DNA of 64,000 nucleotides from Desulfurococcales archaeon (GTDB taxonomy: Archaea; Thermoproteota; Thermoprotei_A; Sulfolobales; WANQ01). Each line of letters starts with the position of its first letter. Within the stretch, counting starts at the first letter, position 1. The stretch lies in NCBI GenBank assembly GCA_027030065.1, contig JALVFK010000109.1:13572-77571 (forward strand), in the 5' to 3' direction. A program made the translations under genes and the position numbers. The notes beneath the pieces are model-generated. The model searched no databases. It was not told the DNA's origin and saw only the letters and a list, made by a program, of their open reading frames with translations. Positions 18,459-27,299 of the stretch are shown here, piece by piece.

Positions 18459-20273
18459 TTACGTCTTTAGTCCTCCAACGCTTGCTAGGAACATTTGCGT
18501 TAGCATTGGCTGGTACATTATTACTACATAGCTCATGAACTCAGATAGCGTGAATATTGGGAGAGATGTTAATAGACTGCCATTAGCTGCTCCATAGGAT
18601 GTTATTACTGCGAGAGGCATTACAGCTATACTAACCTTCATTGCATCAATAGTCTCTGCGCTTAGCGCTATTACTGAGGTCTGCATACCTACTTTTCCGA
18701 GAACTTTTATCATTTCAACTACTGCTCCCGCAACAATAAATGACACCAATACGATGAATACAGTTATGAGGACCGAAGCCAGCATCGTGGTACGTGAAAC
18801 GCTAACCGATTGTTTAAATGCTATTATCTTAGAAATGGTATCTGCTAGTAGATCTAGTCCCTGGCCAGTCGCATAGCCTCCTATCAATATACCCTCTAGA
18901 GTTTCATACGCAAAGGATAGGAGTGGAGAAGCAAAACCAAGTGGAGTAAATATACCAGTTTCAGCACTACGGGCGATTACCGTTAGTGCACGCTTAGAAT
19001 ACCTTGAACGAGCACGTTCTGCTAGATCCGATAGAACTCTTACTGGGTCCTCTCCTAAACTCACTCTTTCGGCAAGGCGTCTAAGAATGGTTGGTAGTTC
19101 GGCTTCAGCTCTCTTAACATTAACCATATGTAGTGAGACCACTGCTGCCGCTGGCGAGGTAACTATTGCAAGTAATAGTGCTAGATCATTGACTAGGTTA
19201 GCACCTATATTGAAATATAATGCCAGCGCTACTGGTACTCCAGCAAGCATTGCAAGTATAGCTCTTCCCTTGGGAACGTATTCTCTAAGTATTCGCGGTA
19301 TCATAAAGTACCATGGAAGAGAGATAACCGTTACCAATAGGACTGGTATGCCTCCTAGAACCAATACTATACGAAGTAATCCCATGGGCACAAATATGAG
19401 TAGAACAAATAATGTGGCTGCAATTAGTCCTAGAGTGCTTGTTACAATACTTGATATAAAGTCTATGCTATCAGCAATCTTAGTGACTTGTCTTTCAAGA
19501 GTCTTTAACTCTATATCTGATAAAAGTTCAGCTGTTTTCGTAATTCTACCAGTAGTCTCGTATTCTTCTAATAATACTCTAAGGGTATCAGCAAATTTGC
19601 GGTGAACACGTAGTGCTCTACGATAAACAGCTTCTGGTAATGTTACACCAGTGAACTGTGCCATTTTCTTTGCAATACTTATCTCGAAGGCTATTGCCTT
19701 TAGCCAGCTACGTTCAACGAATTCTAGTATTTTCTCGAAGGGGACGAGGGCTAAGTCAAGTATTCTCGCGATAACTGGAAAATATGGTAATTCTTCGTCT
19801 ATACGGCTTGCACGGAACTTTACTGTAGCACTCATAGAGAAGTGTGTTAGGAATATTGCTAGTGCTGGTGCAAGCGCCATTATACCTATTATGAGTGTCG
19901 TTGTATAGAGGGGGAGATGTAGTTGGTGCGCAAAGTATAGTGCTACGTAGAGTCCTATGGGTGTAGCTAATATTGCCGCATAAGCCACGTTACCGAAGGT
20001 GGACATAACCTTTTCTATCGCTATCGGTACACCGTATTCCGCTGCCGTTCTCATAAGCCTTGTCTTTAGTGCTCCAGCAGCATATGCGTAGAAGTATATC
20101 GCGGTGAAACTGGCCGCCGCTATTAGTACGAGGCTTAGAATCGCCATGAGCACGCCTAGAGTAAGCATCATGAGAGTAAAGACTATGGGAAGGAGCAGTA
20201 CCTCTGAGACTATTATTGTTTGGGGAATCTCTAGCTTCTCCTTAAATAATTTAAACTTAGGTACCTTTGCCAA
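18459..20273 (-). CDS. type IV filament platform protein (PilC/TadC/FlaJ-like, two T2SS-F-type repeats)
   Basis: 604 aa. Two cytoplasmic helical segments (RIDEELPYF...TGRITKTAELL and AEAELPTILRRLAERVSLGEDP...) are each followed by TM helices. The gene lies in the same operon as the ATPase. Confidence 0.8.
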   Translation of the reverse strand: MAKVPKFKLFKEKLEIPQTIIVSEVLLLPIVFTLMMLTLGVLMAILSLVLIAAASFTAIYFYAYAAGALKTRLMRTAAEYGVPIAIEKVMSTFGNVAYAAILATPIGLYVALYFAHQLHLPLYTTTLIIGIMALAPALAIFLTHFSMSATVKFRASRIDEELPYFPVIARILDLALVPFEKILEFVERSWLKAIAFEISIAKKMAQFTGVTLPEAVYRRALRVHRKFADTLRVLLEEYETTGRITKTAELLSDIELKTLERQVTKIADSIDFISSIVTSTLGLIAATLFVLLIFVPMGLLRIVLVLGGIPVLLVTVISLPWYFMIPRILREYVPKGRAILAMLAGVPVALALYFNIGANLVNDLALLLAIVTSPAAAVVSLHMVNVKRAEAELPTILRRLAERVSLGEDPVRVLSDLAERARSRYSKRALTVIARSAETGIFTPLGFASPLLSFAYETLEGILIGGYATGQGLDLLADTISKIIAFKQSVSVSRTTMLASVLITVFIVLVSFIVAGAVVEMIKVLGKVGMQTSVIALSAETIDAMKVSIAVMPLAVITSYGAANGSLLTSLPIFTLSEFMSYVVIMYQPMLTQMFLASVGGLKT

Positions 20274-20646
20274 GCCCGACCACCACTTGACTGTTTCCAG
20301 CCTTTATAACTACTCCCTCGGTGTTATAGGGTACGAGTGCCGCGAACCTTACCTCATCTCCTACTACTTGTTCAAATATTATCTTTTCTACTGGTTCTAT
20401 ACTGAGAGATGGTGGATTACCCTTGAGATATATTACTCCACTAACAATCCAGAATACATCATTTGTATCATTATCGCCATTGAGGTCAACCATTAAGGCG
20501 GTCTCATTTGCTAGATCTGTGTGTATATTAGCTACTGGTGGTGTTTGGAGACTTAAGGCTAAGTTCACGATGGTTAGGGATACAAGGACAGCTAATGCGA
20601 TTACTACTGGAATTGCTATTACTATGTCAAGAGAGATTGCAACCAA
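20257..20646 (-). CDS. small N-terminally anchored protein (pilin-like or FlaF/FlaG-like, uncertain)
   Basis: TTG start. 'MVAISLDIVIAIPVVIALAVLVSLTIV' is followed by a ~100-aa beta-rich region. It overlaps the platform gene start by 17 nt. Confidence 0.5.
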   Translation of the reverse strand: MVAISLDIVIAIPVVIALAVLVSLTIVNLALSLQTPPVANIHTDLANETALMVDLNGDNDTNDVFWIVSGVIYLKGNPPSLSIEPVEKIIFEQVVGDEVRFAALVPYNTEGVVIKAGNSQVVVGLGKGT

Positions 20647-20666
20647 GGATTCTCAACCCCAAGAGG

Positions 20667-20912
20667 TTATTTACCCATAGTATATAATACACGATAGGCT
20701 ATCCATACTAAGCCAGCTATACCTCCCCCTATGAGTATACCGGGTATAATACTATATGCTCTCAACGGGTAAAGAGCATAGGATAAAGCGAGTATAATTA
20801 TTCCTATTACGAATAAGTCTATGGGTTTTAGCTCTGGCTTCTTCTTACCCTCTTTTCGCCTCAGTATCTTTAGCTCCATTCCCCCCTCTTTCTTTTCGCC
20901 ACGTGTAGCCAC
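20667..20912 (-). CDS. small membrane protein (2 TM), first gene of the minus-strand filament operon
   Basis: 81 aa. A Lys-rich N-terminus is followed by two hydrophobic helices. GTG start. Confidence 0.5.
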   Translation of the reverse strand: MATRGEKKEGGMELKILRRKEGKKKPELKPIDLFVIGIIILALSYALYPLRAYSIIPGILIGGGIAGLVWIAYRVLYTMGK

Positions 20913-21044
20913 GTTCTACACCTGCACGAGTAAGGAGTAGTATATTATATTAACTAGTTGAAATACTATTTACCTTCACGTAGAACTTTTATTCCAGAGT
21001 AGTATAAATAGTTGTCCCAGGGGAGTAGAGAGGGAGAGAACAGT

Positions 21045-21302
21045 ATGGCAGCAACCTATGTAGTATACCTTGTATATTCTGGTCTCACAATACTCTTCTC
21101 CTTCGCAGTAGGCTATGGCTTCAAGATCCTAAAAGACGCACCAGTAAACGCGCCATCACTAGTAATAGCTGGCATAGGTATGGGACTCGTAGTTCTCGGA
21201 ATAGTAGCATACATAGATAAAATAATAAGTGGTATAACAGGATACATGAGACAACGTAAACTTAAGAAAATCCTAGGACCAGCTGAAGAGGAGGAACTAT
21301 GA
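21045..21302 (+). CDS. small membrane protein (2 TM)
   Basis: ATG at 21045 (MAATYVVYLVY...) is preceded by GGAGTAGAGAGGGAGAG. The ORF track uses TTG at 21012. The stop overlaps the next ATG (ATGA). Confidence 0.55.
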   Translation: MAATYVVYLVYSGLTILFSFAVGYGFKILKDAPVNAPSLVIAGIGMGLVVLGIVAYIDKIISGITGYMRQRKLKKILGPAEEEEL

Positions 21303-21793
21303 TCCGGATAAGAAAAGCTGTAAGCTTTATAGGAACAATCGTGGTAGCGTTAGGTGCATTAATAGCTGCTACTGTAGCTGCAATCATAATAACAACCCTA
21401 TTTAATGCCATGAGTACCCAACCCTACATTACGGCTGGCGATGCATACTATACCAATGCGACAAATTTTACACAACTACACGTACTATTCTACAATGTCG
21501 GTAAGGGAGGAGCATACTTCCAATACATGTACATTTATATTCCAACAAACATTAGCGGTACAATAAAGACAACTATAGCTAAAGTGCTCGTCACGGGAGA
21601 AGTCATAAACAATACAAGCGGCGCAGTAATAGGTTTTGCAAAATTTACACCAAGTATAGCAATCCAGCCTCAGGGAGTACTCGAAATGGTCATACAGGTA
21701 AACAATCTTAACGCCAATACAACAGCTACTAAGATCCTAGGTATAGCTGTATTTGATAAAGACTCGGTTGTCGTGACCTTTGACAAGATATAA
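21299..21793 (+). CDS. archaeal type IV pilin-like protein (class III signal peptide)
   Basis: N-terminus MIRIRKA|VSFIGTIVVALGALIAATVAAIIITTLF. 164 aa. Confidence 0.7.
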   Translation: MIRIRKAVSFIGTIVVALGALIAATVAAIIITTLFNAMSTQPYITAGDAYYTNATNFTQLHVLFYNVGKGGAYFQYMYIYIPTNISGTIKTTIAKVLVTGEVINNTSGAVIGFAKFTPSIAIQPQGVLEMVIQVNNLNANTTATKILGIAVFDKDSVVVTFDKI

Positions 21794-21925
21794 CCATAAT
21801 ATAGTATTGTGGATCCTAGCTTCTCGTTTCTCTAGTAGGAGGTTAAATATTAATAAATCCGCATAACAATATTTATGTATAAGTCGGCTAGGCTATACTA
21901 GAGAGTAGAAGAGGTGTTCAACAGA

Positions 21926-24277
21926 ATGTCTTTTCTAAGAAAAAAGACTAGGCGTGGTATCACATTTATAGGTGCAGTTATAATAGCAGTAGCCTTCCTC
22001 ATAGCCATAATGCTCGCAATTTCATGGATCCTAAGCTCTCAGAGAGCATACTTTACAAAACCCAACATGGTGACCGAGAAAGCTGAAGCCTATGGCGGAG
22101 GTAATACCCTTTGGCTAGAAATAAAGAACTATGGTATAAGTATCGCCACTTTAAAGGAAATATACGTTTATGATACTGAAGCAGGCAAATACTACATAGC
22201 ATATCCTAATGGAACAATAATAGACCCGGCGAAGAGAACAGCTGTTGGTACGGCTGAGATAAAGCCTCTTTCAGCAAGCGAGGGCGAATACATATATGCA
22301 AAACTAATATTCAATGCAGGTGTATTGCAAGGAAACCTTATAACAGGTGTAGCAGTATTCGATAAATCCCTTGCACCATGGAAGCTCTACAGAATACATC
22401 CGCCAGTCACACAACCAGGGTATGCTGTCAACGCGTGGAGAGTCAAGCTCTTCATATTCAATCCATCAGATTTAACAATATTCACTGATAACGCAAGCCA
22501 GTTTCTAGCTGGAACAATAACAAAGAAACCAATAGCAGTAATAACAATAACAAAGAACACACCTTTTGCCGGACACTTCTTCAACTGGAGCTGTGGGCTA
22601 GCAAGAGCCTACGGATGGACCCCAGGAAGCGATGTTGTATTCAGTGATGCTTATCGGAACACCATACTACCATTCTATCGTTACTATTTCAATTGTACAA
22701 GTAAGGTAGCGGTGTTTATAGTGTATCTGAAGAATACTACACTTTTCCCCAGACAAACATATCCAATATACATGTGGTATGCCCCATATGTAGTAGGTGG
22801 TGGAACAGTAACGATAACAGATCACAGCAATTTATCAGTATACTATATGGCGGTTAACAATAGCTTCCAGGACTTCTTCCGACAACAACCAGCTTGGGAC
22901 TATGATAATGGGTTAAGATCAAGGATCGCATGGATAAGAGACTATACAGCAAGCCAGCAAATGGATCCTATATACGACTATGAGGGTGAGGACGAAGATC
23001 TAAATGTAACCTCTTACGCGGACTGGCAATGGGATGGAAGCGATCATATCTACTGTACACAAGATCCAGCCGACGGAGACGTACAATGCTCCCTAACATA
23101 TCTTAACATGACGGACGGCTTCTTCGAAAGATTTCAAGGAGGAGGCAACTGGTACTACTACAAGTATCCAGAAGGCTATACATGGCTATTTGAAGTAGCA
23201 TTCAATATGACCCACAAACCACCACAAGCACCATTCAATCAAACCTATATAACAGCAATGACAACGGAGTTACACTACTTCTATGGTTGGTGGCTTGGAA
23301 GATGGTGGAGATATAGGGCATGGTATGGATGGGTCTCTAAGACTTTTGGTGCTACAGCAGCAAACTGGGCAATAATAATCTCTACAAGACGGCTTGACAA
23401 TCTAGTTCCACCGGACTACTATGTTATGCAACTCAAGAATGTAGAAGGAATAATACTTATTAACACGAGTATAACAGTTTATTGGAGATCGCCGGACTAT
23501 GCTTCAGAGACAAGTAGGCAGAACCTAGCCCTAACACCTAACTCGAGCGTGACGGTAACGGTATATAATGATACGACTACTGGTGTAGTAAGACTTATAG
23601 TTCAAACCGATATCCGGACCTATAACTTTGTATTGTATCCAAGTAATAGTAACTACGCTTTCAGAGTATTACTCATAAATACTACTGGCGGATACATAAA
23701 GTTGTTCGTAAACGCATGGACTGATGGAAGCGGCTACGGAGTATACTACGATGACTATGATTATCCCGCGCTTGGAAGAGAACTAATACCAAGCAGAACA
23801 GTTAGAGCATACTATATATGGCCTAGATACTTCGCAGTATGGTGGATAGCGTCAAAATGGAAAGACACTGATTCTACAATATGGGTTGGAAGAGAACTTG
23901 AAGCAACACTACAGACAAGAGACTTAACAAAACTAAACTTCAGCAAAATGCAGAGAATGGTATATAGCTTTACAAGTGGAGCAGACCTAGTCGGCACACA
24001 GTTCGTATGGATGGGTATAGCTAGTGAAGGAAACAGCATAGACGATGACGTAGGTAATCCACCACCACTCCAGTTCATAACAGCAGAAGCCAGCGGAGCC
24101 TATGGTGATGAACTAATAGAAGGAAACACTGTTACATTCATGGCAGTGGATACATGTTGGGATGATGACTATGGAACTAATTACTACTTAGTACAAGTAG
24201 ATTGGGCTAGAGTAATAATAGGATTAGGATACATATGGTGGGAAGGCCCAGTACTAGACCAATGGCCCTGGACCTAA
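21926..24277 (+). CDS. giant pilin-like protein: class III signal plus pilin module plus a ~620-aa Trp/Tyr-rich extension
   Basis: ATG at 21926 lies 9 nt after a GAGGTG SD (the track's GTG at 21914 sits inside the SD). The N-terminus is MSFLRKKTRRG|ITFIGAVIIAVAFLIAIMLAI. The first ~165 aa parallel the 164-aa pilin (e.g. ITGVAVFDKSL vs ILGIAVFDKDS). Confidence 0.75.
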   Translation: MSFLRKKTRRGITFIGAVIIAVAFLIAIMLAISWILSSQRAYFTKPNMVTEKAEAYGGGNTLWLEIKNYGISIATLKEIYVYDTEAGKYYIAYPNGTIIDPAKRTAVGTAEIKPLSASEGEYIYAKLIFNAGVLQGNLITGVAVFDKSLAPWKLYRIHPPVTQPGYAVNAWRVKLFIFNPSDLTIFTDNASQFLAGTITKKPIAVITITKNTPFAGHFFNWSCGLARAYGWTPGSDVVFSDAYRNTILPFYRYYFNCTSKVAVFIVYLKNTTLFPRQTYPIYMWYAPYVVGGGTVTITDHSNLSVYYMAVNNSFQDFFRQQPAWDYDNGLRSRIAWIRDYTASQQMDPIYDYEGEDEDLNVTSYADWQWDGSDHIYCTQDPADGDVQCSLTYLNMTDGFFERFQGGGNWYYYKYPEGYTWLFEVAFNMTHKPPQAPFNQTYITAMTTELHYFYGWWLGRWWRYRAWYGWVSKTFGATAANWAIIISTRRLDNLVPPDYYVMQLKNVEGIILINTSITVYWRSPDYASETSRQNLALTPNSSVTVTVYNDTTTGVVRLIVQTDIRTYNFVLYPSNSNYAFRVLLINTTGGYIKLFVNAWTDGSGYGVYYDDYDYPALGRELIPSRTVRAYYIWPRYFAVWWIASKWKDTDSTIWVGRELEATLQTRDLTKLNFSKMQRMVYSFTSGADLVGTQFVWMGIASEGNSIDDDVGNPPPLQFITAEASGAYGDELIEGNTVTFMAVDTCWDDDYGTNYYLVQVDWARVIIGLGYIWWEGPVLDQWPWT

Positions 24278-24306
24278 AGTTATCAGAAATCTTTTATCTT
24301 AGTCCT

Positions 24307-25521
24307 CTATCTTTTTCTCTTTATGACTAAGATTAATATTCCCGCTATAATTACTACAACCAGTATTAACCAATAGTTAAACTCACTACTCTTTATTGTC
24401 GTAGTAGTTATTGTAGATTTGTTAACTACTATTGTCGTGGTAGTATTCTGTACTTTTGTTATTATTTGCCCTCTACTCCTATGTACAATTATACTGAGGG
24501 TTCTCTCTGGTGTCTCAGAATATACTCTCTTCCCAGAAACCATTACTAACTTAAACGTGTATGTCCCGTTCTGCCATCCGTTTACTGGAATATAACGATA
24601 CTTGTACTCTGCTCTACCCTGGGATAATACTGGTATAGTAGCTATAGTTACATTCTCTAAGAAACTCCCATTATAGTTCACTACCAATACTATGCTGACA
24701 TTGTTAACTGGTTTATAGACATTTTTTACTACTCCTATCACTTCTGCAAACACTATATTGTTGTCCTTATAATATGGTAATATGTCAAAATAGTCAAACC
24801 ATATAGTTGAAACCGTTAAAAACACTTTTTCTGTCTCGTTTTCTTCTATTACAACTTTTTCTTCAGCGAGTAATTCTCCAGCTAGAGTTGCTTTAACGAT
24901 ATATTTACCCGGCGGTAATGATATGTTAATGTAACCAGTCTTGTTTGTTACAACAGTATATTCACCTTTTGGAGTTATTCTAAGCACTCTTACCTCAGTA
25001 ATAACATGATTCCCTTCTTTATCTACTGTCTCTACTACTAGCCTACCAGTAGGCCCTACTATTCTTATTGTTGTTCTCTGACCAGCTCCTGGTACAAGTA
25101 TAACCTTACCCTCTACAGTCTTCATCATAATATTCGCGTAGACTTTTATCTCGTACTCGCCGGGTATAGCGTTGGGAAGCGCCTTAATCTTAATATATAC
25201 TATCTTATGCTCTCCAGGCAACAAGGTTACATTTCGATGCGAAAATATTATTTCTATGAAGTCTGGTGCTTCGTATCCTAAACTCACGTTTACGGGCTTA
25301 CTCGCTGTATTAATTACGGCTATGTATATGTCCCTTCCCTCAATAGTAGTATTGGGGGCTAGTACATACTCGTATTTGTAAAATGATCCAGTTATAGCTA
25401 TTCTCGATGATTCAGATTCAGCATAACTTATCGAAAGAGATGTTAGTGAGACAAATACTGCAATAATCAATAATATTACAAATAGTAACCTGGTACTATA
25501 AACTGTGTTCACGATAAACAC
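24307..25521 (-). CDS. secreted, C-terminally anchored surface protein (beta-sandwich repeats)
   Basis: Signal peptide, CARDB/NEW3-like and CarboxypepD_reg-like segments ('GRLVVETVDKEGNHV...PPGKYIVKATLAG'), a Thr-rich stalk, a TM helix and a KRKR tail. Confidence 0.7.
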   Translation of the reverse strand: MFIVNTVYSTRLLFVILLIIAVFVSLTSLSISYAESESSRIAITGSFYKYEYVLAPNTTIEGRDIYIAVINTASKPVNVSLGYEAPDFIEIIFSHRNVTLLPGEHKIVYIKIKALPNAIPGEYEIKVYANIMMKTVEGKVILVPGAGQRTTIRIVGPTGRLVVETVDKEGNHVITEVRVLRITPKGEYTVVTNKTGYINISLPPGKYIVKATLAGELLAEEKVVIEENETEKVFLTVSTIWFDYFDILPYYKDNNIVFAEVIGVVKNVYKPVNNVSIVLVVNYNGSFLENVTIATIPVLSQGRAEYKYRYIPVNGWQNGTYTFKLVMVSGKRVYSETPERTLSIIVHRSRGQIITKVQNTTTTIVVNKSTITTTTIKSSEFNYWLILVVVIIAGILILVIKRKR

Positions 25522-25590
25522 CAGAGATAAGATATCTATGTGGGGTGTGGGGATTTTTCCAGAGTAAAAAAGAAATTACTATTTAGGAGA

Positions 25591-26610
25591 TTAGCCATTG
25601 ATTATTTGATAGTAGATTGCACCCGTATACGTTCCTGGCATTAGACCGTTGCCTAGCTGAACCCATGAGTACAATGATAGGGTGGCACCTGATTCACTCG
25701 TAGGTCCGGGATCGCTTGAGTGACCTGGTATTGTTTGATAGATATCAGTTACTAGTAGTGAATCAGTTTCGTCTAATAAGTTGTCATCGTCTGTTATTAG
25801 CTGGAATTCACCATCATTTAGAGTACCATCTGTGTCAAGTAAAGCTGTATACCCAGTCGTCGTATTCCATTGTGGGTCAGCCTTTGTTTGAACCGCATAG
25901 TTTCCATTAGCTATTAGTGTTAAGTTGTATGGATTCTCTTGTGCCGGTGTAGCTGCTGCACCTGGATCAAGGTTTCCGAAGTCTATTGTTGTTACATCAA
26001 TACTTATCTCACCGTACCATAGCATCGTTAATCCATACATTGAGGCCGTGTATGTGTTTCCACTGGAATCTGTTACTTCAACTATTATATCCCAGTCATC
26101 GGATGCGTCCGTATTTGCTTCATGGGCCACCTTACCTGGTATAAAGTGAAGCCACCAGTCGCCTTGTGTCGCCGTTAGGTCTGATGGAGCTTTGCTGCTA
26201 GCAGTATTTATACCCCAAGTGCTACCAGTAGGCCCTATTAGTTGCCAACCATTTGTTGGATCCCATTGATATGTGGCCCTTGTTGCTGGATCATCGGTTG
26301 CCGGCGGGGTACCTACAACCGTGTTATTTGTGTCATAGAATAGTATTACTTTTATCTGTGCAACATCTTGTAGGCTATTAGAGTCCGAAATAGTTATCTT
26401 TAGAGCATATTCCAGCTGTGGTGAAAGCGTTGTCGTTGTTGTTGTTTCATCACTTTCATATAATGCTATATTTATAGTCGGGGCGACATTATTTACTGTG
26501 TATTGTCCGGTAGCAGATGTTTCTGCACCATTAACATTTAGTATTGGTATTATTGATGCAAACAATAAAACTACTAACAATAACGCACTCTTACTTTTAC
26601 CTATTCCCAC
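25591..26610 (-). CDS. secreted beta-rich protein, possible fibre or adhesin subunit
   Basis: GTG at 26610 gives MGIGKSKSALLLVVLLFASIIPILNVNGA|E, with an upstream GGAGTGGGGTG SD. The track start at 26694 adds 28 non-signal residues. The protein ends with '...PGTYTGAIYYQIING'. Confidence 0.65.
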   Translation of the reverse strand: MGIGKSKSALLLVVLLFASIIPILNVNGAETSATGQYTVNNVAPTINIALYESDETTTTTTLSPQLEYALKITISDSNSLQDVAQIKVILFYDTNNTVVGTPPATDDPATRATYQWDPTNGWQLIGPTGSTWGINTASSKAPSDLTATQGDWWLHFIPGKVAHEANTDASDDWDIIVEVTDSSGNTYTASMYGLTMLWYGEISIDVTTIDFGNLDPGAAATPAQENPYNLTLIANGNYAVQTKADPQWNTTTGYTALLDTDGTLNDGEFQLITDDDNLLDETDSLLVTDIYQTIPGHSSDPGPTSESGATLSLYSWVQLGNGLMPGTYTGAIYYQIING

Positions 26611-26815
26611 AGCTAGCGCACCCCACTCCCATATAAAGAGATCATATATAAAAACTTTTATACAGTTATAACTGATAAAATAATTATTTAACATTATCTA
26701 ATTTAACAGATTAATATACATAATAGAGAGTTAGTATTTCTAACTGTACACGAAAGCAACTGTAGTTTATTCTATTAAGATAACCTACACTAGTATACTA
26801 AAATATTAGATAAGA

Positions 26816-27241
26816 CTAGTACATAGTCCTTAGTGCTTTTGTTCTTATAATGTATATTATTTCTAGTAGTTTTTCTCTTACTTTTTCTTCATTGCCTTCT
26901 TTTAGTGCCTCTACTATTTCTTTTCCTAGTGGAGGTATTCCTATAATTCTTGATATCTCGTCAAATAGTGTTTTTAGAAATGCGTCTACTGATTCGGAGC
27001 CCTTGAATTGTTCTTTTACTTGTCTATAGAATTCTATTGGTTCCTTGATCATGTATTCCACTAGTTCTTGTGGTTTCTCTATTTTACCTTGTGCTCTTAA
27101 CCCAGATAATAGTACTACTAGCATTGATTCTGTATATGTTTTTGCAATTATCTGTTTTATTATGTTGTAGAGTTTATCTCTTATTTTTTCATCTATTCTT
27201 ATTGATAGTTCCTCTATGTCGCGCTCGCCCGTATTCACCAC
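26816..27241 (-). CDS. hypothetical acidic helical protein (paralogue of the ORF at 28327-28599)
   Basis: 141 aa. It shares 'IKQIIAKTY' and 'VKEQFKGSESVDAFL' blocks with the 90-aa ORF. Confidence 0.55.
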   Translation of the reverse strand: MVNTGERDIEELSIRIDEKIRDKLYNIIKQIIAKTYTESMLVVLLSGLRAQGKIEKPQELVEYMIKEPIEFYRQVKEQFKGSESVDAFLKTLFDEISRIIGIPPLGKEIVEALKEGNEEKVREKLLEIIYIIRTKALRTMY

Positions 27242-27299
27242 CTCAATTATAATTATTCTCTCTTAGTGGTTAAAGGGTTGTGCTTAATACTTTGAGGTA

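Noticed and set aside
19087-19605. 172-aa plus-strand ORF, and similar long ORFs at 6222-6674, 33884-34450, 38034-38408, 44757-45296 and 54351-54833
   Set aside because: Each lies entirely antisense to a longer ORF that has clear family motifs (platform protein, hexapeptide transferase, MeaB/PGI, GH57, OadB, ABC permease). Their sequences are low-complexity and Ser/Thr/Ile-rich. They are most likely shadow ORFs.
20911-20986. 7-bp inverted repeat GTTCTAC ... GTAGAAC flanking the divergent promoter of the filament operons
   Set aside because: The arms are short and about 60 nt apart, and the first arm lies at the GTG start of the 81-aa ORF. This is compatible with chance.
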